A stretch of DNA of 64,000 nt from Syntrophomonadaceae bacterium. Its GTDB lineage: Bacteria; Bacillota; Syntrophomonadia; Syntrophomonadales; Syntrophomonadaceae. The notes beneath the pieces are model-generated. The model did not search any database and had not been told where the DNA came from. It was given only the letters and a program-made list of their open reading frames with translations. Positions 40,012 to 49,481 of the stretch are shown one piece after another. Where the stretch lies: the NCBI GenBank assembly GCA_034678805.1, contig JAXDBN010000244.1, positions 1,974 through 65,973 on the forward strand, written 5' to 3'. The number at the start of each line of letters is the position of its first letter. The stretch's first letter is position 1. The position numbers and the translations under genes are program-made.

Positions 40012-40890
40012 ATGGCAGAGAGAGACCGTCAGGTAAAAATAGTTGACCGCGGTATGAATGTGAGAGTGTTTCTGGCTCGGACAACGGCCTTAGTGGAAGA
40101 AGCCCACCAAAAGCATGAAACCTCGGCAACTGCAACCGCGGCTTTAGGCAGGGTTATGACGGCTGCCGTTATGATGGCCAGTGAACTCAAAGGCCCAGAA
40201 GACTCTTTAACACTCAGGGTGAACGGCAACGGTCCGGCCGGAACAATTTTGGCAACCGCTGATCCTTGGGGAGGAGTAAGAGGTTTTATTGCCAATCCTA
40301 GTGCTGACTTGCTCGAATTATCTCCAGGCAAATTATCCGTCGGACAATTGGTAGGTACTGCGGGATATCTGGAGGTTGTTAAAGACTTGGGATTAAAACA
40401 GCCCTTCACTGGGCGGATTGAGTTGGTGAGCGGGGAAGTAGCTGAAGATGTTGCCCAATATTTTTTAACCTCTGAACAGATACCAGCATTGGTATCTTTA
40501 GGGGTGTTGGTAGCGCCTGATCTGAGTGCAAAGGCCGCCGGGGGTCTTATAGTACAGGCTATGCCTGATGCTGACGATGAAATTCTCAGAATTATCGAAG
40601 AGAACAGTTTTTACCTGGGTTCAATCAGCAGCTTAATAGATAGTTATTCCACCCTGGAAGAACTAGCACCTCTTATAATGAAAGGGATTGAATACGAGAT
40701 TATAGAGGAGCATAATTTCAAATTTCATTGTAAATGCAGCCGCGATAGGTTATTGGGTGTATTACAGGGACTGTCTCCGGAGGAGAGACAAGAGATACAA
40801 CAGGATGAAAGAATTGAAGTTGTATGTAATTTTTGCAGGCAACGCTATATATATAATCCTGAGGAACTTGACAGCCCAGAAAAAAGCTAA
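40012..40890 (+). CDS. hslO: redox-regulated chaperone Hsp33
   Basis: C-terminal zinc centre CKCS...CNFC. 292 aa. Confidence 0.9.
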   Translation: MAERDRQVKIVDRGMNVRVFLARTTALVEEAHQKHETSATATAALGRVMTAAVMMASELKGPEDSLTLRVNGNGPAGTILATADPWGGVRGFIANPSADLLELSPGKLSVGQLVGTAGYLEVVKDLGLKQPFTGRIELVSGEVAEDVAQYFLTSEQIPALVSLGVLVAPDLSAKAAGGLIVQAMPDADDEILRIIEENSFYLGSISSLIDSYSTLEELAPLIMKGIEYEIIEEHNFKFHCKCSRDRLLGVLQGLSPEERQEIQQDERIEVVCNFCRQRYIYNPEELDSPEKS

Positions 40891-40916
40891 AGCCTTAGAC
40901 ATTTGCTATCTAAGGC
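40880..40916 (-). terminator. putative terminator for rpmB (minus strand)
   Basis: 8-bp stem GCCTTAGA / TCTAAGGC (40892-40916). On the minus strand it is followed by TTTAGCTTTTTT, which overlaps the hslO 3-prime end. Confidence 0.45.
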
Positions 40917-40935
40917 CGAAGATTACAGATTATGT

Positions 40936-41124
40936 TTATAAGGCTCTTTCAACTTTACCAGAACGTAAGCAACGAGTACAAACATACAGCTTGGTGGGTG
41001 TCTTATCTACCAGAACCTTGACTCGCTGTACATTAGGTTTGAACTGACGGTTTGATCGTATATGGGAATGGCTGTACTTCTTGCCAAAAGTGACGCCTTT
41101 TCCGCAAATTTCACATTTTGCCAC
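40936..41124 (-). CDS. rpmB: 50S ribosomal protein L28
   Basis: MAKCEICGKG...SHSHIRSNR...VCTRCLRSGKV. 62 aa. GTG start with a GAGGGGG RBS. Confidence 0.95.
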   Translation of the reverse strand: MAKCEICGKGVTFGKKYSHSHIRSNRQFKPNVQRVKVLVDKTPTKLYVCTRCLRSGKVERAL

Positions 41125-41249
41125 TATTATGCCCCCTCTCTATAACAAATGCACTTTTGTATTTTATCAAATAGCATTGCAAAGGGCAAGAAGAAGGAAT
41201 AAATATGGTGATATAGAATTAAGATTAAGTTATACAGGAGGGATATAGG

Positions 41250-41612
41250 ATGTATAAAATCAAGAGTAATGATCTGGGCGATATTACTGTCACGCGAGAA
41301 ATGGTTGAAACCCTAGCTGGATTGGCGACGATGGACTGTTATGGATTAGTTGGCATGGTTCCCCAAAATATTCAAAGCGGTATCACCAATATTCTAGGCA
41401 TAGAATCGATACGTAAGGGTGTACAGGTAAGTTCTGCTGATAATGGTTTGGTTATTGATGTTTTTGTGATTGTGGCCTACGGTCTTAAGATACCGGAGGT
41501 AGCATCTAATGTAATGCAGAAGGTTACCTATGTTTTAGAGAACAATGCCCAGATTCCCGTTGCTGCCGTAAATGTAAACGTAAAGGGAGTAAAAGTAATT
41601 ACAGATAAATAG
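41250..41612 (+). CDS. Asp23/Gls24 family envelope stress protein
   Basis: 120 aa. ETLAGLATMDCYGLVGM and VNVNVKGV are typical of Asp23. Conserved position upstream of the DAK2 gene. Confidence 0.85.
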   Translation: MYKIKSNDLGDITVTREMVETLAGLATMDCYGLVGMVPQNIQSGITNILGIESIRKGVQVSSADNGLVIDVFVIVAYGLKIPEVASNVMQKVTYVLENNAQIPVAAVNVNVKGVKVITDK

Positions 41613-41629
41613 TTGGGAGGATACGGGGT

Positions 41630-43252
41630 TTGAATTTGGATAGCATGACCGGTAGTGATCTGGCCCGGAGTGTAAAAGCGGGTTGCATTAGGTTGGAGCA
41701 TAATCGCGATAAAGTGGACCTGCTCAATGTATTTCCGGTGCCTGATGGAGATACCGGTACCAATATGTATTTGACGTTATTAGCAGCAGCCAAAGAAGCT
41801 GAAAAAAATGGCCATGAGCCTTTAGGCAGAGTTGCCAAGGCTGTTTCATTAGGATCTTTAATGGGGGCTCGTGGAAACTCAGGGGTCATTATGTCCCAAA
41901 TATTTCGGGGTATGGCTAAGGTGTTGGAGGGTAAAACAGAGGCCAATGCGATTGATCTGGCTCAATCATTACGGGCAGGATCCGATACTGCTTACAAGGC
42001 AGTAATGAAGCCTGTGGAAGGTACTATCCTCACGGTTATACGTGAAATAGCATCTACTTGTGAAAAGGAAGCCCATGCCGGTAATGATATTTTGGGTTCT
42101 CTGTTAGCAGGGACAGAGGAAGGGCTGAGAGTATTGGAAAAAACACCTACTATGCTTGCCATACTGAAAGAAGCTGGGGTAGTGGATGCGGGAGGACGGG
42201 GTCTGCTCTATTTCCTGGAAGGTTTTATAGATGGCCTGGCCCAGGAAAAGGATATACACCTGGAAGACTATAAGGATAAATTATCTGTGCCGCTGGTTAC
42301 CAAGGATGAAAAAGCTAATATTGAGTTGGATTTTAATTACTGTACTGAGTTGCTGCTCAAAGGCTCGGCCCTTGATCCAGATGATTTGAAGGATCATCTT
42401 GCTCCTTTGGGCGATTCAATGCTGGTAGTTGGTGATGAGGAACTGGTAAAGATTCATATTCATTCCAATCATCCGGGTAAGGTTCTGGAGACCTGTCTGC
42501 AGTTTGGCACAATAAGTGATGTTAAAATTAACAATATGTTAGAAGAAGTCCATGAACAACGCCATAAATGGGAAGAGGATCAAGTAAAATCGGCCCATAA
42601 AATTGGGGTAGTGGCTGTAGCTGTGGGCGAGGGTATTAAAAAGATGCTGGAAAGCCTGGGGGTTGATGAAGTTGTGGAAGGCGGCCAGACCATGAATCCA
42701 AGCACAGAGGATTTGATCAGGGCTTGCGACCAGGTTGAAGCTGACCAAGTAATTATTCTGCCAAATAACAGCAATGTAATCATGACCGCTGAACAGGCCA
42801 AGCACCTGAGCAACAAAAAGCTGGAAATTATTCCGACCCGATCAGTTATGCAAGCTATTAATGCCCTAATAGCTTATAACGAAGAGGGGGATTTAGAAAA
42901 GGTGGCAGAAGCCATGAGAAAGGAAATCAATAATATCTCCTATGGAGAAGTTACATATGCGGTTAGAAGCTCTACCGTTAACGGTTTGGACATAAAAGAA
43001 GGGGATCATATTGGTTTGATTAATGATAATATTGCGGTCCAAGGCGCCACCGCGGAAGAAGTTGCCCTGAGATTGCTGGAAGAAATGCAGGCCCAGGACC
43101 ATGAGTTGTTAACCATATTCTATGGTTCTGATATGGAAGAAAAGGATGCTATGCAGCTCAAGGGAAGGGTAATGGGCCAATATCCAGACAGTGAAATAGA
43201 AATGCATTATGGCGGACAGCCCCACTATAGTTATCTGCTTTCGGTTGAATAA
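41630..43252 (+). CDS. DAK2 domain-containing protein (YloV-like)
   Basis: VFPVPDGDTGTNM motif. 540 aa. Conserved asp23-yloV-recG order. Confidence 0.9.
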   Translation: MNLDSMTGSDLARSVKAGCIRLEHNRDKVDLLNVFPVPDGDTGTNMYLTLLAAAKEAEKNGHEPLGRVAKAVSLGSLMGARGNSGVIMSQIFRGMAKVLEGKTEANAIDLAQSLRAGSDTAYKAVMKPVEGTILTVIREIASTCEKEAHAGNDILGSLLAGTEEGLRVLEKTPTMLAILKEAGVVDAGGRGLLYFLEGFIDGLAQEKDIHLEDYKDKLSVPLVTKDEKANIELDFNYCTELLLKGSALDPDDLKDHLAPLGDSMLVVGDEELVKIHIHSNHPGKVLETCLQFGTISDVKINNMLEEVHEQRHKWEEDQVKSAHKIGVVAVAVGEGIKKMLESLGVDEVVEGGQTMNPSTEDLIRACDQVEADQVIILPNNSNVIMTAEQAKHLSNKKLEIIPTRSVMQAINALIAYNEEGDLEKVAEAMRKEINNISYGEVTYAVRSSTVNGLDIKEGDHIGLINDNIAVQGATAEEVALRLLEEMQAQDHELLTIFYGSDMEEKDAMQLKGRVMGQYPDSEIEMHYGGQPHYSYLLSVE

Positions 43253-43278
43253 ACCGTTTTTGGATCTAAGGAACAAAC

Positions 43279-45318
43279 ATGAAAAGACTAGCGGAAGACG
43301 TACAGTTCATCAAGGGTGTTGGTCCCCAGCGAAGTAAAATGCTTAACAAGCTGGGGATGACAACTATCTTCGATATATTTTGGAATGTACCGCGTACCTA
43401 TTTGAATCGTAATAAGGTTGACAAAATAATCACCCTGTCTGGAGGAGATGTGGTTAACATTAAGGGCCGCATTATTGCGACTAACAGTAACCGCACCAGA
43501 CGGGGTTTTAATATCTTTAAGGCCAGAGTTGAAGACGATTCTGGAATGATTACCGCGGTTTGGTTTAATCAAGCTTATTTATCCCGGCAATTGAAGGTGG
43601 GACAAGATATTTTCTTAATGGGTAAGATTAAGAACAATTATGGAAGTATTGAGATTTATCCCACTGAATTCGATATAATCGACTGCGAGGAAAGCGGTAT
43701 TCCCATAATGCCAGTGTACCCCCTGACTGAAGGGCTAACTCAGAAGAATATCCGCATGGTAATGCTTAACGCTCTTAAGAACTATCTCCCATCATATCCG
43801 GAAATATTAGATGAGAGTCTGCGCCAACGTTATAATCTTTGCCATATTCAGGATGCCTTTCGCAACCTTCATTTCCCAACTTCAGGAAATGCTTATGTCA
43901 TGGCCCGCCGGCGATTGGTTTTTGAAGAATTGCTTCTTTTTGAGCTGAATATTGCGCTGGACAAGTCTGAAGAAGAGGTTGTTGGGATTACTACCCATGT
44001 GCCTGGCAATGACATGGTCGAGCGTATAATTTCCAGCCTGCCATATGAGTTGACCGGCGCCCAACAGAGGGTCATTAACGAAATATCTGCTGATATGACA
44101 ACTCCTCTGCATATGAACCGTTTGCTGCAAGGTGACGTTGGATCGGGCAAAACAGTCATAGCTGCTTTGGCAATGGCCCGGGCAATATCTAGCGGATACC
44201 AGGCTGCCATGATGGTTCCGACCGAGATACTGGCTGAACAACATTTTACCTCGCTTACTAAGATCTTTAATGGAACCGAAACAGTTATAGCCCGCTTAAC
44301 CGGGGCAACACCAAGTGGTGAGCGGAAGCTGATCCTGGAGACTGTTGCCCGGGGTGGTATAGACATACTAGTTGGAACGCATGCTCTGATCCAGGATGAA
44401 GTTGCGTTTCAAAAGCTTGGATTAGCCGTGATTGATGAGCAGCACCGGTTTGGGGTGAGACAGAGGGCCAAATTGGGTAATAAAGGATTAATGCCCGACG
44501 TCCTGGTTATGACTGCTACACCAATTCCAAGAACGTTGGCACTGGCTTTATATGGTAATCTTAACGTCTCGGTCATTGACCAGATGCCTCCCGGGCGGCT
44601 GCCGGTCAAAACCATTTTTGTGTCTAAATCCTCCAGGGAAAAGGCTTATAAGTTTATACATACGGAAATAAAAAAAGGCAGACAGGCGTATATTGTCTGT
44701 CCGCTGATTGAAGAATCCGAAAAGCAGGATTTACAAGCAGCAGAGTCTCTATATCAGGACTTACGCAAAAATGTGTTTTCCGATGTAAAGGTCGGTTTGT
44801 TGCATGGGCGCATGAAAGCCATTGAAAAGGAAAAAGTAATGGATTATTTTAAAGACGGGCTGATAGACGTCCTGGTGACAACCACGGTGATAGAAGTTGG
44901 GGTGGATATTAAAAACGCTTCCGTGATGCTTATTGAACATGCAGAAAGATTTGGAATATCGCAACTGCACCAACTGCGTGGCAGAGTAGGACGTGGCCTG
45001 GAGCAAGCCTACTGCATCTTGGTCGGCAATCCTTTGACTGATGAATCCAGGCAGCGCTTGAAGGCTCTGGTTAGGACCAGTGACGGATTCGAGTTAGCCA
45101 ATGAAGATCTGAATATTAGAGGCCCCGGTGATTTTTGGGGTATTAGGCAGCACGGGACTAACAATTTGAAGATCGCCAATTTATCAAATGACCAGGATAT
45201 ACTTCAAGATGTCTTGGAAGTATCAACTTGTCTGATTAAGGATATTAAGGAAAAGGGTGAACTGGTTGATTATATTTACAGAAAATTCAATACGTCAGAT
45301 TCAGTAGCCTTTAATTGA
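43279..45318 (+). CDS. recG: ATP-dependent DNA helicase RecG
   Basis: Walker A GDVGSGKT, DEQHRFG, and QLHQLRGRVGRG motif VI. 679 aa. Confidence 0.95.
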   Translation: MKRLAEDVQFIKGVGPQRSKMLNKLGMTTIFDIFWNVPRTYLNRNKVDKIITLSGGDVVNIKGRIIATNSNRTRRGFNIFKARVEDDSGMITAVWFNQAYLSRQLKVGQDIFLMGKIKNNYGSIEIYPTEFDIIDCEESGIPIMPVYPLTEGLTQKNIRMVMLNALKNYLPSYPEILDESLRQRYNLCHIQDAFRNLHFPTSGNAYVMARRRLVFEELLLFELNIALDKSEEEVVGITTHVPGNDMVERIISSLPYELTGAQQRVINEISADMTTPLHMNRLLQGDVGSGKTVIAALAMARAISSGYQAAMMVPTEILAEQHFTSLTKIFNGTETVIARLTGATPSGERKLILETVARGGIDILVGTHALIQDEVAFQKLGLAVIDEQHRFGVRQRAKLGNKGLMPDVLVMTATPIPRTLALALYGNLNVSVIDQMPPGRLPVKTIFVSKSSREKAYKFIHTEIKKGRQAYIVCPLIEESEKQDLQAAESLYQDLRKNVFSDVKVGLLHGRMKAIEKEKVMDYFKDGLIDVLVTTTVIEVGVDIKNASVMLIEHAERFGISQLHQLRGRVGRGLEQAYCILVGNPLTDESRQRLKALVRTSDGFELANEDLNIRGPGDFWGIRQHGTNNLKIANLSNDQDILQDVLEVSTCLIKDIKEKGELVDYIYRKFNTSDSVAFN

Positions 45319-45374
45319 TATCAGTCAATAAACGTATAATATTCACGCTTAAAAATTTAAATAATGACCATCAT

Positions 45375-45407
45375 AATACTGCCGGAACAAATCCGGCAGT
45401 ATTCTTT
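45375..45407 (+). terminator. intrinsic terminator after recG
   Basis: Perfect 12-bp stem AATACTGCCGGA / TCCGGCAGTATT, loop ACAAA, then CTTTG. Confidence 0.7.
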
Positions 45408-45422
45408 GCTGGAGGTGACCGT

Positions 45423-45551
45423 ATGATGAAGAAAAAACCTGTGGAAGAAAACGAAAACATGCAAAGTAACCAAAGTCTGCAAAAGGATTTGGAGAGGTTA
45501 AAGTTTGAGGTCGGACAGGAAATGGGCATCAAACCTCAGCAAAAAAATTAA
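45423..45551 (+). CDS. short SASP-like ORF (resembles only the first helix of alpha/beta-type SASPs)
   Basis: GGAGG lies 7 nt before ATG 45423. LERLKFEVGQEMGI resembles the SASP helix-1 / GPR-site region (compare MKYEIASEFGV). 42 aa. Lacks the GSVGG helix-2 region. Confidence 0.4.
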   Translation: MMKKKPVEENENMQSNQSLQKDLERLKFEVGQEMGIKPQQKN

Positions 45552-45571
45552 AAGTAATGAAAAAACTGCTA

Positions 45572-45600
45572 GCATATAAGATTTAGCACAGGAAACAATA
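45572..45600 (+). promoter_or_regulatory. candidate forespore-type (sigma-F/G-like) promoter for the SASP gene
   Basis: GCATA (45572-45576), 14 nt spacer, GGAAACAATA (45591-45600). This resembles the GYATA ... GGnnAnAHTR forespore consensus as I recall it. Confidence 0.35.
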
Positions 45601-45631
45601 TGACTAGAAAATATAAAGGAGGTGAATTTAA

Positions 45632-45838
45632 ATGGCAAGTCGCAGCAATAGAATTTTGGTTCCTGAAGCAAGAGCTGGCATGGATCAGTTTAAAATGGAA
45701 TCTGCTTCGGAGGTAGGGGTTACCTTAAAGCAGGGCTACAACGGAGATCTGACTTCAAGACAAGCTGGTTCCATAGGTGGCCAGATGGTCAAGAAGATGA
45801 TCCAGTCCTATGAACAGGGTAAAACTGGCATGAAATAA
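45632..45838 (+). CDS. alpha/beta-type small acid-soluble spore protein
   Basis: ILVPEARAGMDQFKMESASEVGV and SRQAGSIGGQMVKKMI are the two conserved SASP helices. AAAGGAGGTG RBS. Confidence 0.9.
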   Translation: MASRSNRILVPEARAGMDQFKMESASEVGVTLKQGYNGDLTSRQAGSIGGQMVKKMIQSYEQGKTGMK

Positions 45839-45869
45839 TAGCATAAACAAAGCTAACCATACTAAATCG

Positions 45870-45905
45870 AACAGGCGGATGCTAAATATCCGCTTGTTTG
45901 CATTT
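45870..45905. terminator. terminator between convergent SASP gene and gpr
   Basis: 11-bp stem AACAGGCGGAT / ATCCGCTTGTT (one G-U pair), loop GCTAAAT, then TGCATTT. Confidence 0.55.
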
Positions 45906-45943
45906 CTGCATTTACTTAATCTAAATCAATCTGACGCCTGATA

Positions 45944-46909
45944 CTAGGTGGCATAAAGCTCAAGTTGTTCCTGAGAGATACCCGGGAATAGCGAGGTAGC
46001 AACACCCATCGCCAATATACGGGAGGTGTTCTCGATTATATCATCAATCTCCTTGGGGGTTACAGTCAGGCTGCCGCCAAAAAAGGATAGAATTGTCTGG
46101 ATGGTATCATTAGCCCTGGATTCAACGAATGAAACTCCGTTATCTACGCAATATTGACGGATAGCCTGATTGGTGATGATAGCAGCGTTTACGATTGTCG
46201 GACAACCAATGGCGATTACTGGTATTCCTAATTGTTCCTGGTTTAGAGCCTGGCGTGAATTTCCTATTCCACTCCCGGGCTGGATACCGGTGTTACACAT
46301 CTGAATTGTGGTTCCAATCCGTTCCACGTTTTGGGCGGCAAGAGAATCTACTACTATCAAAACCGCTGGCTTGATATTATCCACTACGCCTTTAATTACA
46401 TCAAAAGTTTCTAGTCCGGTTATTCCAAGAACACCTGGCGCTATACCACAGGTGGGACGCATCCCTTCTACCAGAGCATCAGGTGCATATTGATGATAAT
46501 GACGGGTAATGGGACTATATTCTATGAATTTGGGCCCGAGTGCATCCGGTGTGGCTCGCCAGTTACCAAGTCCCACCAACAGTACCACATCCTGTGGTTT
46601 TAATCCTTCTGGCAGCAACAACGGCATACTCTTGGCCATTGCTTGCACTATTTCTTGCTTTACATAAGGATCATTGATTTTGAGAGGCGGAGATTCAATG
46701 GTGATATAAGTACCGACCGGACGCCCCATAGTCTGAGCGGCTTGTGGTTCTTTAATATCTATGGTGGTCACCTTGATTTGCTCAAGTTTTTCTACCTTTT
46801 CTTCCACACCTTGAATCTCACGATTTGCCGTGCCACGAACCAGATCCCGGGCTTCGACGGCTAGGTCAACATTCAGGTTGAACAGTTTCAATAAATCATT
46901 CACATTCAT
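45944..46909 (-). CDS. gpr: germination protease GPR
   Basis: DLAVEA near the N-terminus, GLGNWRATPDALGP, DSLAA and TGIQPGSGIGN parallel B. subtilis GPR. ATG 46909 chosen by length match with B. subtilis. TTG 46942, ATG 46936 and GTG 46903 are also possible. Confidence 0.9.
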   Translation of the reverse strand: MNVNDLLKLFNLNVDLAVEARDLVRGTANREIQGVEEKVEKLEQIKVTTIDIKEPQAAQTMGRPVGTYITIESPPLKINDPYVKQEIVQAMAKSMPLLLPEGLKPQDVVLLVGLGNWRATPDALGPKFIEYSPITRHYHQYAPDALVEGMRPTCGIAPGVLGITGLETFDVIKGVVDNIKPAVLIVVDSLAAQNVERIGTTIQMCNTGIQPGSGIGNSRQALNQEQLGIPVIAIGCPTIVNAAIITNQAIRQYCVDNGVSFVESRANDTIQTILSFFGGSLTVTPKEIDDIIENTSRILAMGVATSLFPGISQEQLELYAT

Positions 46910-46985
46910 AACCTCCTCGGGGTTTATTATCATCATTTTCAATTAAATGTATCCATCCACCACAACAAATTAATTTTTCGCAATT

Positions 46986-47011
46986 AAAATGGCGACCGAA
47001 GTCGCCATTTT
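46986..47011. other. perfect 11-bp hairpin in the gpr / rsmD divergent intergenic region
   Basis: AAAATGGCGAC-cgaa-GTCGCCATTTT. On the minus-strand transcript the loop reads C(UUCG)G. Confidence 0.6.
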
Positions 47012-47212
47012 GGGGAGAGGAGAATTTTGTAAAGTTGTTGGGGAGGGTTTGTTTACCGGTTATGTCCGGTAACCATATCTTTACCCTACATTTAGAATAA
47101 TATTCATGGTAAGGACATTTTTTAATAAAATTTTTTCTGCTACAATCAGAATTAGCCATACAAAAAGAGGTAATTGCATGCTTAAATCGAAACATACAAA
47201 GGAGTAAAAATT

Positions 47213-47806
47213 TTGCGGATAATATCCGGTTCAGCTAAAGGCAGGAGATTAAAGGCACCTCCAGGATTAAATACCCGCCCCATAACCGACATGATTAAAG
47301 AAGCTTTGTTTAATGTATGGGGAAACAGGATTTATGAGGCGAAAATGCTCGACCTATTTGCCGGAAGCGGCAGCGTAGGTATTGAAGCACTCAGCCGCGG
47401 GGCTGAATATGTTGTGTTCGTCGATAATTCAAACAGTGCGGTCAAAGTCATCCGCGAAAATTTAAATCATTGTAATTTTGAATCGGGATTTGATATTTAT
47501 CGCGGTGATGTTTTTCAAGTTCTGAAAAGAATCGCTAATCGTTCGGCTAAGTTTGATTTGGTATATATAGATCCGCCTTTTACCCAGGACCACCTATTTA
47601 AAAAGGTAATGGAGTTGTTAAGCCAATTAGATATTCTGGAATCCGATGGGATTGTAGTGATTAGAACCCCCCGCAAAAAGGACATGCCATCGTTTGAACC
47701 CTTGTACAAATACCGGCATGACAACTACGGAGAATCCAGTTTGCATTATTATCGCAGGTATGAGGAGGAACCAAAAGATGATGGAAATATTTCGTATTCT
47801 GGATGA
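47213..47806 (+). CDS. rsmD: 16S rRNA (guanine966-N2)-methyltransferase
   Basis: MRIISGSAKGRRLK N-terminus, LDLFAGSGSVGIEALSRGA SAM motif, and DPPF. TTG start with an AAAGGAG RBS. Confidence 0.9.
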   Translation: MRIISGSAKGRRLKAPPGLNTRPITDMIKEALFNVWGNRIYEAKMLDLFAGSGSVGIEALSRGAEYVVFVDNSNSAVKVIRENLNHCNFESGFDIYRGDVFQVLKRIANRSAKFDLVYIDPPFTQDHLFKKVMELLSQLDILESDGIVVIRTPRKKDMPSFEPLYKYRHDNYGESSLHYYRRYEEEPKDDGNISYSG

Positions 47807-48239
47807 AATGGAGCTATTGCTTAAAGGCAGTAAGAAAATGCCCTTTACAGGAGGCAAGTCACTGGTAGAAACCAATCGATTTCTGGATAGAGTGGACCGG
47901 ATCAGGGCCATCTTGCCTGAAGAGCTGGAAACAGCCAAACAGCTTATTTGTGAAAAGGATAGGATTGTTAACGAGGCATTTTCAGAGGCTAACCAGTATA
48001 TCGAACAGTATAAAAACGAAGCAGCGCGTATGGTGGATGATAGCGAAATTACCAGAAATGCGATGAATGTAGCTGAAGAGATAATTGCCAAAAGCGAAAG
48101 AGTATCTCAGCAAATCAGGCGGGATGCAGAAGAATATGCAGATGGGGTTTTAGGTCATATCGAATATGTATTGCGCAAAGGACTTGATACAGTTGTACAG
48201 GGCCGGGATCAAATAAAAATAGAGATTGAGGACAAGTAA
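47778..48239 (+). CDS. hypothetical coiled-coil protein
   Basis: GAGGAGGA RBS before ATG 47778, so I use this start rather than the longer ORF-track start 47694. Charged, heptad-like sequence. Overlaps the rsmD 3-prime end. Confidence 0.6.
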   Translation: MMEIFRILDEMELLLKGSKKMPFTGGKSLVETNRFLDRVDRIRAILPEELETAKQLICEKDRIVNEAFSEANQYIEQYKNEAARMVDDSEITRNAMNVAEEIIAKSERVSQQIRRDAEEYADGVLGHIEYVLRKGLDTVVQGRDQIKIEIEDK

Positions 48240-49418
48240 TTAACGCTGGCTGCACCAAACCGCCGCCAGCATTAGAAAAATTATAAGTATACCAAAGAAC
48301 ATGCAGATAATCGATAGCATCCAAGCGTCAAAAGCGTAGATTACTTTATAAGCAAATGGAGGTCCTAGGTTCAGAGTTTCTATTGATTGGTTACCGAAAA
48401 ATTTATAAATCAAAAAAACAATTACGCCTGACAAACATATTTGCGCAACACGAGCACGGATGTAAAACCAAAACCTTACTGGAATACCGGCTACAATACT
48501 CATTACCTGGGCAATTATCGACAGTCCACTAAAGGCCAGGATTACGCTTACTACTACAAGTGATGGGAATAAGTTGCCAACGATAGAAGTTGCCGCTGCT
48601 TGCGATCCTAGGGTTATTTCGAAAAAACCCATACAGAGACCATAAGCAAGCGGGTAGGTAAGGTTTATGAAACCAAAGATATTGGTCAGAACCTGGGCGA
48701 TAAAACCAATTACACCCCATGCACAAAGCAAGCGGGTCAGCACGGAGAAGACAACAATAAAACCACCCACGGCCAGGATATTGTTAATCGCACCGTGGAC
48801 AGACCTGCCCAGTATTTTGCCGATACCATCTATTTCAGGACTGCTGAAAGCAATGGGGGGAATTGGGGCGGGGAGCTTGGATCGTAAATCAACACCGTCT
48901 GATTTAAACCTTAGGAGTAGACCTACTATAAGATTGGATAAGTAATGACCGGCTGCCAGCCAATAGCCAATGGTGGGGCTGCCGAACATGCCCACTCCTA
49001 CCGCCCCTATAATAAAGAGGGGACTGCAGTTGTTGGTAAATGAAACCAGCCGTTCTGCTTCATTATCACTAAGCAGGTTTTGTTCATATAATTGCCGGGT
49101 GAGTAAGGCTCCCACCGGAAAGCCGGAGGTAAATCCCATTACCACTACCAGGGAACTGCTGCCAGGCAGATTAAATAAAGGCCTCATGATAGGTTCAAGC
49201 CAGATTCCCAGTAAATGTACAAACCGCAGGCTCACCAGCAGTTCGGATACAACAAAGAATGGAAATAGTGCAGGAAGCACTGCTATGTACCATAATTTAA
49301 ATCCAAATGACGCAGCTGCTACGGTTTCACGTGGATTTATCAACATGAATAAGGTTAATACTAGTATGAGTGAAGTGAAGAAATAGCGGGAATATTTACT
49401 CAATAAAATCCACCCCAT
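48240..49418 (-). CDS. ylbJ: sporulation integral membrane protein YlbJ (nucleoside-recognition domains)
   Basis: 392-aa polytopic protein. Position relative to rsmD, patatin (ylbK-like) and tmcAL (ylbM-like) matches the B. subtilis ylb locus. Confidence 0.75.
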   Translation of the reverse strand: MGWILLSKYSRYFFTSLILVLTLFMLINPRETVAAASFGFKLWYIAVLPALFPFFVVSELLVSLRFVHLLGIWLEPIMRPLFNLPGSSSLVVVMGFTSGFPVGALLTRQLYEQNLLSDNEAERLVSFTNNCSPLFIIGAVGVGMFGSPTIGYWLAAGHYLSNLIVGLLLRFKSDGVDLRSKLPAPIPPIAFSSPEIDGIGKILGRSVHGAINNILAVGGFIVVFSVLTRLLCAWGVIGFIAQVLTNIFGFINLTYPLAYGLCMGFFEITLGSQAAATSIVGNLFPSLVVVSVILAFSGLSIIAQVMSIVAGIPVRFWFYIRARVAQICLSGVIVFLIYKFFGNQSIETLNLGPPFAYKVIYAFDAWMLSIICMFFGILIIFLMLAAVWCSQR

Positions 49419-49481
49419 TCTAGTGTTTGGTTAATATATATGCAAACCTCCAGAAATCTTAGAATTAAGGGGATGAACAAC

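Noticed and set aside
45315-45422. Longer N-terminal extension of the SASP-like ORF (ORF-track start 45315).
   Set aside because: The extension spans the recG terminator hairpin (45375-45407) and has no RBS. GGAGG precedes the internal ATG at 45423.
46896-47195. 99-aa Cys-rich minus-strand ORF in the gpr / rsmD spacer.
   Set aside because: It overlaps the gpr N-terminus and runs straight through the perfect hairpin at 46986-47011. It has no RBS and matches no recognisable family.
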